A DNA stretch of 64,000 nucleotides from Azolla caroliniana (GCA_043228905.1 JBHGNT010000013.1:14508001-14572000); one strand, 5' to 3'; counted from the first letter of the stretch, positions 28,000-41,854 are shown. The notes: generated from the sequence alone by a model not told the origin. Numbers and translations are program-made.

Positions 28000-30328
28000 G
28001 TAAGATTTAAACAAAATGCTACACCGTTGATTTGGATGTATATCTAGAACAGACCAAGTCGTTGATGATCTAGCTTTATCACACCAGTTATTATCCCCAA
28101 GTTATGTCACGATAGTCACATATGATCCCCAACTTGAAAGGCACTATTATGAATACAAAAGTACTATTATTTGTCCAAGCTTGATCGTGATGATCCATTG
28201 TCGGACGTGTGTGTTGATTCCTTGCATATGAGATGATTGTTGGTTGTGAGAGATTTTAATGTTAAAGTTGGTATCGTCAACACGTGAAAGTTGGTGATAA
28301 CATAACAATGTTCATACACGCGCTTAATTGCACAAAACCCAAAGAGTCTCAATGATTCTCATGTTTATGTGATTGTCGAGTGTTCTTGTGTGTCTTGCTA
28401 TTGGGAGGAGGGAGTGTGGTTGATTATGTGTCGATAAAAGAAAGCGATGCATCCATTGTGAATATATTGAAAATTGGCCCATTGTCATCGAACTTAAAAC
28501 ACAAGCCCTTATGCTTGCATATTGCAACCAAAGATTCACACATTGACCAATGCATTAGAGAACAAAATGGAATGAGGCAACATTATGTCATATTTTTATC
28601 AATATGCTAATATATACTAAATTAGGTTAAGAGTCATGTCATGTACCTCTCTCTCATTTAAGATGTGAAAAAAATGGGGATCAATTCAAGGATGTCACTC
28701 TCAAGGTAGGGTATCATTTTGGTGCATGCATAGATGGGCATCAAATTTTTAGTTTCTCTTATAAGATTGGTTTGATGAAGAATGCAATACTCATCTCAAA
28801 AATTTCAAGCTCACAAAGGATCCTAAATGAAAAGGTCTTAACTTTGCATCAATATCGAAGAACGGTCAAGGGAAAGAAGATGTGACACTATCAATCACAA
28901 GAAAGGAAGAAAACTTGGAGACAACTCATAGGCAAAAGGGAAGATATGACTAGCAAAATCGTAGTTGAAGAGATGGAACAACAACAAAAGGGAAGCTTCA
29001 AATATCTTGGTTTGATGTCCCATTGACAAATAGGTGGAAATTGGAATGTATGTTACGAGTCTAGAGTTTAAGTGGGTTTGAATAAATTGTGTATGTTTGA
29101 GAATCAATGCAACCGATGTAATACTCTATTATTGGAAGTGAGATTGATGTTATTCAATGTTGTGGTGGTCCAAGAGTTGCTTTATGGAGTGGAAGTGTGG
29201 GGTGACCCTATGTCACTTAGTGCATGGAATGAAACAGAAAAAATTCAAAATTTATATTGCATAAAAATTTGGGAGTTAAATCCTTAGTATCTAGTCTAAT
29301 CACACTTTAAGAATCAATTGCTCAGCCTATAGAGGTGCCGACATGCAATGAGTATACAAGCATATCATAAAAGTTAAGAATATGCTTAACCACATATCGC
29401 CAAACCATGCTTGGAACATAGGATGCAAGGCAGAAAAAATTAAGAAGGGCAAAATACTTTCATTTGGTTTGATGCTTGACATAAAGAAATGGTTTAAAAG
29501 ATGGGGAGTGAAATATCTATTGGAGGTCTTAAGTGATGCTATGAAGCATGTGATCATCGAAGATAGATTACCGAGGCACGAAGAATGAAGTGGCAAGATA
29601 CTAAAATATAAAAAATAGAATATTACATTGCAAAATGTTAACCCTTGTTGTGTTGGCCCTAATACAAGCTAAAAAAGCTTGAACATATGCAAGCGCACCA
29701 TGGAGGATGATGATATCTTTGTCAAAAAGCGAGCACATGTGTCCATGCATTATTTTTACATAGAGAGTTTTTATGATAGAGTAGGAACCCCCTTTATTAG
29801 GAAGGAGTTTTTGGTTAAATTTGGCCTCATCTTGGATGGTTGGGTTCACATTTCACACATTATACTACACATGTTGCACCTAGCTACAAAACCATATTAT
29901 TCACGGAACGGGGAAACCGTACACATCGAAACATGTTAGAGTCCATCCCGTTGTCTACCATTCGAATCATCCTTTCTATGCGACTTAGCTCACATGCATT
30001 GCGATGTGAGACGGGGCGTTGGGGAACAAGTGATGAGAGTGGTCAACTATGCACACATTACCCTAAACAAGTTTGAGAGTTTGAGTATTATACTTTGATA
30101 CAAGGCTCTGCATTTGATGATTTCTTCCACACATATTCGACCAAGCCTAATCCTTGCACGAATTTCTCTCACAACCACAGTGTGCACTCTCAATTGCAAC
30201 ATTCATTGGTAAAGTTCTTGAACATTGAGAGTCACTACTCACATTCACACGTATCACGTGAAATGTAATATTTTTGGTCTCACAGGTCATATTTGACCTC
30301 TGAACACGATAATATAATCTCTCTCTCT
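28000..30328 (+). mobile_element. Heavily degenerate RTEX-like LINE remnants (probably more than one element)
   Basis: Endonuclease-like (G)DFNVKVG and SVVDY remnants at ~28240-28430; LLYGVEVWG at ~29180; C-terminal RLSSHALRCETGRW...LC at ~29980-30060; ends in a short (CT)n tract. Confidence 0.7.
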
Positions 30329-30379
30329 CACCAGATAATATAGTTGACACTATATGATCATATATAATGGTTTAGCCAA

Positions 30380-33120
30380 GTGGCCGGGCTCGGAAGAGCT
30401 CACATGTTTCCCACACAAAGAGGGGAAATCTCAGTTGATTACCTAATAGGACACCCTGAAGCTACCCACATGATTAACTCCTTCCGGGTGACCCCATGCC
30501 CTATTGGTGTAGACCATAACTTCCTATACTTTGAACTAAAATGCGACACCTCCAACGCCACCAAATCTAGTCAACCAAACAATCACACCACAATACATTT
30601 CACGCATGAGCTCTCTGACATCTACGCCTAACATGTTCAAGCCCATCTCTCCTCTCTTGATTCTTCCTTGCCTTTAGAGAACTCACACACATCCTTCACT
30701 CGACAACAATTAGTAGCTTCCCCTACACGAAACCCTCCGATCACAATAGAATAGGGTCTATGCCACAGAATAGGTGGTATGATGAGGATTGTAGAGATTT
30801 GTATAGACAACTTAAAGTGTCGCGACTTAGTGGTATAATTTCCTCTAGTACAAGCTCACAAAGAGATGTGCACAAAGAGATGTGCAAGATGGCATGTCGT
30901 AAAAGACGAGCTTGGAAAGCATCTCAACATTGGGAACTCTATCACATGCTTATGAGTAGGGACTGCGCCCTTGCATGGAAGAGATTACAGGAATTGAGAC
31001 CACAAACATCCATCGAGGATCCCAACACTTGGCACACCTATACAGAGAGACTCTACCATGTCAAGAACCAACCACCCATTCCAATGCCTTCCACACCTCG
31101 ACCTACCATGGGGACACTTTTTACGACATCTAGGGTCACAAAAGTCATAAAAAAACTACAACATAGGAAATCCATGAACCACACAGGATTGTGAGCCGAA
31201 CACATCATATATGCTTGAGAGTGCCTAACCCTTTTTCTCACTCTAATCTTCAACTGCGCCCTCGCCGAGGGTTTTCCACCACAATGGATCGTGAACACAG
31301 TGGCCCCTGTACACAAAGGAGGGGACCCAATGGACCCAAATACATATAGGACCATTATGATGGGTCATACACTCACTAAACTATATGGTGCAATAATGGA
31401 AGCAGAGCTCAACGATTATATGGAAACCTTAAGTCTTCGAGCACCTAAGTAGGTTGGCTTTAGACGAGCCTTCTCCATTATTGACCATATCTTCACACTT
31501 AGATGTTTAATTGACCAGACGAAGGCTCACAAGAAGAAACTATATTGTTGCTTTGTGAACTTCCGTAAAGCCTTTGACATAGTTCTTAGGGAGCGGTTGT
31601 TTGATAGGCTTAAAAGCTTGGAGATACCAAATGACATTATCTGGGCCATCTATGCTCTATATGAGCATGTCTTTGGGTGCTTAAGATGCCCAAGTGGCCT
31701 ATCTGATTGCTTCACCAGCACCATTGGTGTAAAACAAGGTTGCCCCCTAGCACTAACCCTTTTTGGGATCTACATTGATGAGATCATTGATTTTATTGCT
31801 CGTAAGGGAGGCAACGGAGTAGCCATTGGGGATACACAAGTTCGTCTCTTACTCTATGCAAACGACATCATCTTGCTCTCAGAGTCTGAACACGGCCTAT
31901 AAAAGCACCTTAATTCCCTAAATGACTTTTGCACACAACGAGGACTCGTAGTGAATCTAGTGAAAACTAAAGTCCTTATCTTTCATACATCGTCTCAAGT
32001 TAGGAGTAAATGTCACCTAATCCTCTCTCATAAACCAGTTGAGGTAGTTGGATCATATGTATATCTGGGAGTCACTTTTAGGGCTCATTCAGGTAAATTC
32101 TTGATGATCCCGACAATCAAAGATAGGCTAACGAGAGGGTATGCATCCCTCACTCTTAGAGAGACAATGCCACCAGACATACTTTCAAGAGCCACAAACT
32201 AAGGGACGACTTTTCGACTCATTAGTGACCCCTTCCCTCATGTATGCATCAATAGTATGGGCTCCAGGTCTACCATATTTCATATGGACGCAATTAGAGA
32301 GACCTTTGGTGACGATGTTATCACATCAACTCCGAAGCAAATCGGCAGTACCACATGACATTATTAGAGTAGAGTTTAGTTTGTCCCTGATGTTAGTGGA
32401 AGCACTTTTCCAAGTGGTAGTTTTTATTCATCAGATACATAGCCAACCACAAGATAGTATATCCCGTCAAGCTTTTGAGGCATCCCAATCTCTATATGTG
32501 TCTGGAGACACTAGCTCTTGGTATAACACTGTAGTGAGTTGGTTACTTGCAAATGGCATAAACATTAATAGCCTACCTCCCCTTAAGTACAACCATGGGA
32601 CTGATCAAACTTTAATCTCTCATGAAGACTGTAATAAAGTAATACACCAAGAAATATGGCAAATTTACACCCGATATAAATGGATCACCCCACAAGAGCC
32701 ACTCCCATCTAAAATGTTGTACTATAAGGAACACTTCGTGCACTTCTCTAAGTTAGGTTTTATTACACGACCAAAATATCTAGATACATTCTTATCATAT
32801 GCACTAAGGGTGGCCATTGGGCAACTTAGGATATCATCTCACCAGCTTGAGATTGAGAATGGTCATGCTAATAGAGTCCCTAGAGAGGAAGGCTATGTAG
32901 GTTATGTCACATCGAGATAGAGGATGAGTATCACTTTACATGCAAGTGTCCAACTTATGCCGAGATAAGAGCGAAATACCAAGACATACTACTAGGACCC
33001 TCTCCCACCCTCTCCAAACTATTAGATACCCCATATATAAAGAGACTAGGTAGGTATATCTTAGAGCTAGAACAACATAGGGAGAATAAATTACAAAGGG
33101 TTAACCATAACCTTTTTAAT
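30380..33120 (+). mobile_element. 5'-truncated RTEX-like LINE with disrupted ORF2
   Basis: Endonuclease tail SVDYLI...VDHN; WYDEDC; VHKGGDPMDPNTYRTIM; NFRKAFD; GVKQGCPLALTLFGIYID; LLYAND (mutated YADD); YVYLGV; C-terminal QLRISSHQLEIENG followed by a Cys/His knuckle remnant. Multiple stops and frameshifts. Confidence 0.9.
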
Positions 33121-33514
33121 ATTCACCAACACGTAACTATGTAATTTTTCAGGAACAAGGGGAGACGATGAATGTGGACACACCTACACCACTCGGCTCT
33201 CGATCTCTCACACAAACATATTTTACTTAATCTATTCCCTCGTGCAAGAACTCCATCTCAAGTTTAATCTCTTTGGAGTAGGTACAACGACAACCGATTG
33301 AGGCTTATGGAAACAAGCGTACACTACTTAAAGAGGAATGACCTATGACCTGATTGCTAAATGCTGATGTACTTGGCAGCTATTGGTCGAGGCAAATGCA
33401 AGTGGCCTAGAAATCAATAAATCAATTGCATGCATTTGCCTCAACTAGATCTGGCAACGAGGTACATGTTAGGATAAACCAAAGTCTCTGTAAGGGGCTT
33501 ACAATTTTGGTCAT

Positions 33515-33791
33515 CCATTGGGCAATTGCTTTAGTAACCATGGGTATTCCGATCACATGGTGTGCTAGAGGAGGAGGAGCCCACATGTAAATGCTCGATG
33601 ACCATAACTCGCAAGCCCCATATCGAGACATTGGTTTATCCAGACATGTACCTTGTTGCCAGATCGTACACGCCATGTGACCGGAATACCCATGGTTACT
33701 AAAGCAATTGCCCAATGGCCATAACTCGTAAGCCCACTTACCGAGGCTTTGGTTAACTCATGGGTATTCCGGTCACATGGCGTGTTAGAGG
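33515..33791. repeat. Three-copy inverted/direct repeat upstream of GLYK
   Basis: 33515-33564 is the reverse complement of 33669-33718 (48/50). 33759-33791 is a partial direct copy of arm 1. Confidence 0.9.
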
Positions 33792-33938
33792 CCCGACCCG
33801 TTTGTCCGACCGGACAAACCGACCCACGCGAGAGAGTGGTTTGGTTTAGTCTCTTGAAGAGAGGAAAAAGAAAACCGTTATTGTTGGTTCTCTCGTCTAC
33901 CACAGTCTAGACTCTAGACCCGAAGAGAAGAAGCTCGC

Positions 33939-33961
33939 GCCACGTGTCAGCCACACGTGGC
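33939..33961 (+). promoter_or_regulatory. Paired G-box/ABRE elements in the GLYK proximal promoter
   Basis: GCCACGTGTC (33939-33948) and ACACGTGGC (33953-33961) lie ~100 bp upstream of the ATG, followed by a (GA)n tract at ~34002-34028. Confidence 0.65.
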
Positions 33962-34001
33962 ATTGCCATGTGATCAGGCTCATCCCATCTCTGCACAGAA
34001 C

Positions 34002-34033
<32 letters not shown>

Positions 34034-34046
34034 TCTGAGCTCGAAC

Positions 34047-37000
34047 ATGGCTATGGCGGCGGCCCCTTCATCATCCCTCACCCTCTGTGGGAACCCTCAT
34101 CCTCGCTTCCCCTCCCATCGCCCACTCATTCCACCTTATGTTCACGCTAATCCAAGCTTTCCCTCCCCCTTCCTTCAAAGGGAAAAGAAGCACAAGACCC
34201 AGACGAACATTCCCGAAACCCTAATTCGACCCTGCCTCTGCTTACCTTCTCCAACTGTACCTGTATCCACTCCTCTCGCGGATCTCTTGGAATTCATACG
34301 CAAAGGCCCGCTGCTCTCTAAAGTCGGCATACAACCTGAGTCCGTAGAAAGCTCCTTTGATGAATGGCTTGAGCTCGGTCTCCGCCTCTCGAGACACCTT
34401 GGGTTCAATGAGCTATTCCTGACCCCTAGTGAGAAATCTAGGGTTTACCATTACTATATCCCTGTCTACATGTGGTGCAAACAACAATTAAGTCAGCATT
34501 TAGATCAATTCAAAGAAGGAAATGAAGCACCTGCATTGGTGGTAAGCCATGTTTCTTGTATACTGAATTTCCAGATAGAACTTTGTATCACTTTTTACTA
34601 GGTGGTATATAAGTGCGATGATGCCCATCTGAACGGTTTTCTTTTAGATAGGGATTACTGCACCTCAGGGATGTGGCAAAAGCACTCTCGTCTATTCACT
34701 CGACTACCTCTTCAATGCAACCGGCAAGTATGTGGAAGTTTAGTTGCATTTTTATGCATATTGTTAACACAAACAAGTCATCCAACTGATGCATTGTATT
34801 GAAGTTTAGTTACAAATTGATGCATATTGTCTGCGTAATAAGTCATCCAATTAATACATTATGTGGAAATTTTCTTACATCTGTGGGCATATTGTTAACA
34901 CAAACAGTAATTCAACTAATGCACGTATTTGTTAATTAATATCTTAAATGCAACTGGCAAGTATGTACAACATTAGTTGCATCTTAAGGATTGAATGCAC
35001 TTATTCATATCTTTAATGCAACCACAAGTATGTGGAATTTTAATTGTATTTTTTCTGCATACTGTCTGTCATTACAAATATGTCATCAAACTAATGCTTG
35101 TATTTGTTGACATTTTATCATCCTTTGCCGTTGTTTCTGATTATTGGAACCCTTGACCTTGTATCAGTCGGGCAATATCAGTTTCAATAGATGATTTTTA
35201 CTTAACAGGGGCAGAACAGGTAATATTTCTTGGCTTTTAGACTTAATCTCTTGTTATGTTCAGTGAAAAACAGTAGTTCTTCCAAAGCATACTCTTGTTG
35301 TAGGTGAATGGCACAGGGATTCTGCTTTTCCATAATTTTCTAGTATTTTATTTGCTTCGACTTCCAATTCAGGCTTGCTATGTTTTTTATTGTGTTTATT
35401 CTTCATTATTATTTGTTACAAGTTCTTGGTTTTTGTGATCATTGTGAAAATGTAATGAAGAAAAATCAGCAATGTGAGACAGGGTATGCGAGCTTACATC
35501 CACTCTGCTCGTAGGACAAGTATGGATACATACCTAGGATAATGGAGGTATAAAGTTGGGTGCCAATAAATAAGATAGTCACACCTATGTTTGACGTGAG
35601 AAAGCGCTGAAACTCTCCTATGCATCATTGATTTACAAAATAAATACATTGATATTAAGACACGAGTATTTCGTGTAATGGTTCCTTAGAGCTTGCCACT
35701 TATGTATGGTATCCATGATCATAAGGCTGAAGGCGAATTTTTATGTTTGTAGATGTCAAAATAATGGGGATGATGTTGTTTGCAATTAACTTCATGGATT
35801 TCCTTTGGGCAGGAAGAATTGGCTGCCAAACATTTTGGGAATTCCCTTTTAGAGGTATGATGCATTATGCATTATGCATTGTGTGTCTGTGTGTGCGCTC
35901 AATACATTTTACTATAAAAAGTGTATATTTGTCATATTGATTTTTTTCTTTGTATAGTTGTCATATTTAATTGGACACCCCCCCCCCCCCCAAAAAAAAA
36001 GAAAAAGAAAAAGAAAAAGAAAATATTCACAAAAAAGCATGGGTTTTACTGCATGAGCATTGAAACTTTTACAAACATGGCAGCTCAGGGGTAATGCAGG
36101 AAGCCATGATTTAAAACTTGGTACAGATACATTGGAAATTTTACGGAATCTCTCATCTCCAGGTATTAGAACCTCCATTAAAGGTTTCTTGTAATGCATA
36201 CTTATGCTCATTATGTATGATAACCTCTTCTTTTGTGTATAGGAAGAAATGCCAAAGTGCCAAGATATGATAAAGTAAGCAGTATTTTCTCCAGGATCTC
36301 GCAAAAAACCTCAATGACATCTTTGTAATCATAATGTATGTTTAATGTGCCATTTGCAGTCTGCACGCAGTGGTCGAGGTGATAGGGCAGACCCCTCTTC
36401 ATGGCCTGTGGTTGAGAGCCCATTGAAGGTTACACCAAATTTGGTCTTATTTCAATATCAGGTCAAGAAAGGAGTATAATGAGGATTGTGAAAATTTGAA
36501 GCAGGTTGTGCTGTTTGAAGGATGGATGCTTGGGTTTCAACCTGTTGATTCTACAGTTTATAACTCTATTGATCCTCAGGTGTCTTTTTGCTTCCCTTCT
36601 GAAATCATGTTGTCTTGAGAGGTAAAAAACTATCTCAGTAAAGTTGAAGTCCTAGAATAGTAGACAATGCTTGCAAAATCAGAGTATAATGATGGGATAC
36701 CATATGAAATAATCCATGGCAATGAACCACAATATATTCCAGATAGGCTATTGGAATCCCAGAATAAAGTCCCTCTGGATACTGTGGTTCATACACGATT
36801 ATTAAAGAGATTCATGGGATACGGTTCAATGCTGCTTCGATAATATGAGCAATGAAATGATGTGATAATGATTCAATATTGTTTTTTTGCAGTGGCTATA
36901 AATTGTAGTATTTTTAAAACGAGATTCTGGTGAGATATCCATTTTTCAGATGGATTTGAGCCTTAACAATTTCAATGTTTGTACAGCTTGACATAGTCAA

Positions 37001-37451
37001 TAAAAATCTAGCAGCCTATCATGATGCATGGGATAAACACGTTAACTCATGGATTATCATCAAGGTAAACAAGCTTGATGCGATATATCAATGGCGGTTA
37101 CAGGTATGTAATACAAAAGTTGTTCACTTTCTTATAAGGATGGTTATTCTCTGGCCTTGTTGTATATCGTTTGCTTTCCTGGCATGCAGGCTGAAATTGC
37201 AATGAGGGCCTCTGGGAGGCCTGGGATGACGGATGAGGAGGTATTTCGTCCTTTTCTAGTAGCGAAATCTGATTTCTTTAATTGATAAACTTCTATTTCT
37301 ATCTTGTGACCAGGTGAAAGACTTTGTCTCCCGATATATGCCAGCTTATAAAGCATACCTACCTGGTCTCTATAGCTCTGGACCAAAGAGTGCAAAACCT
37401 GAAAGGACACTTCAGTTTGACATTGATGAGCATCGAAATCCGATTGGTTGA
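34047..37451 (+). CDS. GLYK: D-glycerate 3-kinase, chloroplastic (photorespiration); 11 coding exons
   Basis: Transit-peptide-like N-terminus; RVYHYYIPVYMWC; P-loop GITAPQGCGKSTLV (exon 2, 34648-34727); SIDDFYLT; LRGNAGSHDL; VPRYDKSA..GRGDR; VVLFEGWMLGF; YQWRLQAEIAMR; VKDFVSRYMPAYKAYLP. All introns are GT-AG and in phase; TGA at 37449-37451. Confidence 0.96.
34708..35110 (+). repeat. Degenerate tandem repeats forming GLYK intron 2
   Basis: ~65-bp units GTATGTGGAAGTTTAGTTGCAT...GCATATTGT...GTCATCCAACT. The exon-2 end plus donor is recopied at ~34942 and ~35009. Confidence 0.75.
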
Positions 37452-39623
37452 ATGCTAGTACAGATTGAGCAAAAGCAGAAAATTGCATGGTCTACAAAGC
37501 TCCCATACAGCTGCATGTATTTTTAAACGTACTTTTCCATCAATATCAAAAAGTTAAATGAAAAATTATGCACCGCCATAATGCCTCTGGTGAATCCAAT
37601 TGCTTTGTATGAATTGTACCATCGTAGCTTAACAGGTAAACAAATTTATCTTGGTTCCTCCTGATGGGAGGGAGAGGTGGTGACCAAAAAACATCATACA
37701 TTTTTGCTGTTTTTGTAATAAAATATGCAATGTACAAAAATAATAATCTCTAAGTGATGCATGAGCTGCATTCTAATCATTGAACAAAGTTACATGCTGC
37801 AAGGTATTTCACGCACATAGTGTATCTCAGAAGGAGCTTATGAAATAAATTGTATGGTCTAATGTGATGAGTATAGTGAACCTATGTGCTTGTTTTTGTT
37901 TTGTATATATCCCATAGACTATGTTCTTCTTTGATGTTGCCAAACTTTTATTACTGATGAGATCCTATGCAATACCAATGTGATTATTTATATTGCTCAT
38001 TGGCACATTGATCAAACACATGGACTTGAGCATTTTGAATTCCAAAATGGAGAATGCTAGTGCTTATAAACTTGCAATTTAACTCAAAACTTTGCTTTGT
38101 TGTGCTTGGTTTTTGCACCATGTGGTGGGGTTTTCTTGGTTGTCAAATAGAATCCATACACATGAGATAATTTCCACTTCCCATTTTGCAAATAAAATTT
38201 TAATCATTTGTGCTCACTAATATTATATATTTTTATGGTAAATTAGCAATATCACGTTCTATAGTTATTCTGCAGTGTATGGACTAGTATTGTTTTCCAG
38301 TTTCCTACATGAAACACTTCAAAATTCTGCATCTCACAATACATTTCCATCTCAAAGGTAATTCTAGGATCCCCTTTCTCTTTGTTGTGCATAGTTTATA
38401 ACATCCCCTCGAAAAGGATAATACTCTACTTTGTTCTCATCAACTCTTGTTTCTACATCATGTACCAAATGAACATTTGATGGATTTGAAAACATGTGAA
38501 CACTAGCAGCATGAAAGGGACATGTTCAAACAATATGCACCACGTGAGTATATGTGCGAATCAAGTTTGTGAAAACGTCAATGCAATTCACCAGTGTCTA
38601 AATTTATTGGCCATCCATTGTCATGACCAGAAACTGTGACATTGAAGGTTAATACTGATAACTTAGAGAGATATATATTTCTTTTGCATTGAGAGATTGA
38701 TTATTTGGCAATCTTTGGCTAATCTAACATCCTCTGCCCCTGAGGAATTGGCCAGCCTTAACAGGAGGAAATAAAGATCCAAAAAGCTAAGCAAATAAAT
38801 AAATCCAAATTAGTGCCTTGCTTGAGTCAAGACTTCAACATCTGCTAAATTACCCTGATAATGGGCTTCTCTGGTGTGTTGTGTAAGATGGCACAATCTC
38901 ATAATTGAATGACATAGGGGAGTTTTTCATCTATTAGAGGTCAATCTCTCGAAAATCAATACAGGGAGATGATGGCATGATAAACACACGTGCCATCAAT
39001 AAACATGTCCACAACCGATTGCGCACAAATTTTTGATACTAACTCACTAATGTTACAATCATTTCTTTCACAGCTAGAGAAAAAAGGCATGAAATGGTTG
39101 GGACATATCCAGCACATTGTTGAGAGTCCAGAGAACAGCACAATCTCATACTTGAAAGGATACATGGCAGCTTTCATCTATTAGAAGGAGTTTACCACAT
39201 TATAAACACAAGTATCTTCAATAAACAAGCCCACAAATGACTTCCATGAAAGTTTGCATGTACAAATATTTTATACCCGATTCGCCAATGTTACAATCCC
39301 TTCTATCATATGTAGAGAAAAAACATAAAATGGCTGGGACAGATCCAACACATTGTTGATAGTCCTTCATGCCAGCTAATATAAATATATAAGCTATGGA
39401 ATAGTCGATGCATACAACAGTGTTTTATGAACAAATTTGATTTTGTGTTGGTAAACTCCAGTTATCAAATGTATGGAACCGTCCGTTTACAAGTTAGTTT
39501 ACCAGTTAGTTTACCAGTTATAAACAGTTTGGAATGGACCAAAATCGACAAAAACATTGTTGAAACAATTGCCTCTTCTACTTGACCAGAGTGAATAAAA
39601 GGAGGCTCCAATGCAAAATCATA

Positions 39624-41087
39624 TCATACCTCCAAAACTTGGCATGTAACAAGCTCAACCGAACCAAACTTCTTCCTTGCAACAATCTTCCAACTCTCAG
39701 TTTCAGAAACTGATGAATTAGTAGATACATTGTCCGCCTCAGCACGTAGAACAACGATACAATCATTGATGTCTTTAGTTACCACGTGTAACCTTGTCTT
39801 GAACCCAGCAAGGAGATAAGGAGATTCGGAATCAGAAAAATCCAATATAATAGGCACTTTGGTTAGAACAACTTTCCAAGAATCAGACTCTTCATCATAG
39901 ACCTTGATTTTGCTCCCATCTAAGGAGGAACTGGTAGGATCTAATGCATACAAGCTCCCATTAACGACAACACTGAGCTTAGTGCCTGCTTGCTTCGCTG
40001 GCCATTCCTCGCCCATTCCTTTAGGCATCTCTACCCATGATTCAGAGGAAGGGTCGAAAACCTCGCCACCCACATCAATAAAGAAGGGCCACGAATACAA
40101 GCTTTGTGGCACGCAAAGCTTACCTCGGAAAGAAGCAATCCCAGTAGCAATTGGCTTAAGCATGTCGTCAACAATCGGTGAGGGCAAGGTTTGAGCTTTA
40201 GAGAAGGGCATGTTAGGGATAGGGCGCCAGAGATCAGCCACAGGGTCATAAACCTCTGCTGATTTCAAAGGCATCAGGCTGCCGCCCATGCCACTCCCAG
40301 TGGTCTTATCGACACCGCCCAATGCATACAGCTTATTGTTAAGAATAGCAGTCTTGCAATAGGCTCGGGGAGCATACATTGGGGTGGATTCTTGCCATTC
40401 ATTGGTCCGCGGGTCATACCGCCACATGTTGGCAATGGCTCGCCCCCTCGAGAAGCCTCCGAGAACATATAGATACCCCGCCCATGCCCCTGCTGCGCAT
40501 CCACACAAGGGAGACATCTTTTCCGTTCCGTCTTTCCATGTGAACAACCCCTTGACAATCTCAGCTATCTTTAAGCTAGAGAATCTCCACCATCCATATC
40601 CATAGCCACTATCTCCACTGTGTATATGGCTGCTGTTATAATTGCTGCTTCCTTGAGCCACAATTTCTTCCTGGAGAGGACTAACTTCGGGTAGAGATGG
40701 TAATCTCTGCCACTTCCCTGAGACGGGATCCACCGCGTGCCATGAGAGAGAGTCCTCTTCCTCATCTCTGATGAGCATGTACAGCCATTCTTCCGAGAGG
40801 CCGAGATCTTTCCGGATGTCGAACATCTCTTGGCTGACAAAGGCATCGTGCCAGCTCCTCGAGACAAGCTTGAGAGAGAGGAAGGTGTGCCTCGGTAGTC
40901 TGGCCAAGATCTGTAGAGAGATCTCGTCCGGTAAACATGGGATAAGGGGTGGGTTCTCCGAGCTGGTGGCAGAGATTGGTTGTTGCTTCTTCTTTCTCTG
41001 AGAAGAGGATGGAGAGGAAGCCGGCGGCGGTGGAGATGGTGATGGCGATGGCGATGGCGATGGCGATGGCGATGGTGATGTTGTTGT

Positions 41088-41121
<34 letters not shown>

Positions 41122-41207
41122 TATGGTGGTGATGAAGCATAGAATGGTGATGGTGATGGTGATGGCGATGGCGATGGCTTGTTGCATACGCTTATGTAGG
41201 CGCCCAT
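39624..41207 (-). CDS. F-box/kelch-repeat protein, intronless, 527 aa
   Basis: F-box LIPCLPDEISLQILARLPR...LVSRSW; kelch repeats LYVLGG...YDPRTNEW and LYALGG...AEVYDP..W; LCVPQSLYSWPFFIDVGGEVFDP; Ser/Pro low-complexity N-terminus. Confidence 0.95.
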
Positions 41208-41389
41208 AGACGAAGAGGTGGAGTTATTAGGGTTCCTCCCGAGAGTCTACTACTGTCGTGAAGAGGGACTGCAGATGTTAATGGAAGCTCGGAAGGGAAG
41301 GAAGGAAGGAACAGGGGAGGAACAGGGGAGAGAAACAGGGGAACAGGGGAGGCCTAAAATAGTTAGAGACGAAAAGAAAGAACTGATTT

Positions 41390-41854
41390 GAGTGAGAGAG
41401 AGAGAGAGAGAGAGAGGGAACGAGTGAGTTTGAAGAAGAAGAAGAAGAAGAAGATATTGGGGGGGGGGGGATGACTCGGATGATGGAGGTGATGAGAGAG
41501 GATGTGATTGATGGTGATGAGAGAGGATGTGAATGAATGAATGCCCATCATGCACATGCACATGCACATGCACATCATATGAGCACATGCCATTCAATAC
41601 AGAAAGGAGGAGGAGGAGGAGGAGGTCATGACTCGTGAACAAGCAAAAGTGTCCGTCCGTTCCGTCCAGAGCCCTCCGTCCGTCCGTCCGTCTAGAGCCC
41701 TCATATCCTCCTCCTTCTTACATTTGGTTAGCAAACAAAACCAATAATGCATGTGTGTGGGTGTTGCATCGACAGAGACGTGCCTACCTAAAACAGAGGG
41801 GATGATGATGATGATTTTATTATTGATCGTGTTTTGTCTTACCAACAGAGAGAG

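Noticed and set aside
33957-34046. N-terminal extension of the GLYK ORF (MALPCDQ...EREREREG)
   Set aside because: It starts at GTG within a G-box and crosses the GA tract; the first ATG is at 34047.
40571-41209. Overlapping His-rich, Ile/Ala-rich and Met-rich ORFs
   Set aside because: These are alternative frames of the microsatellites in the F-box gene.
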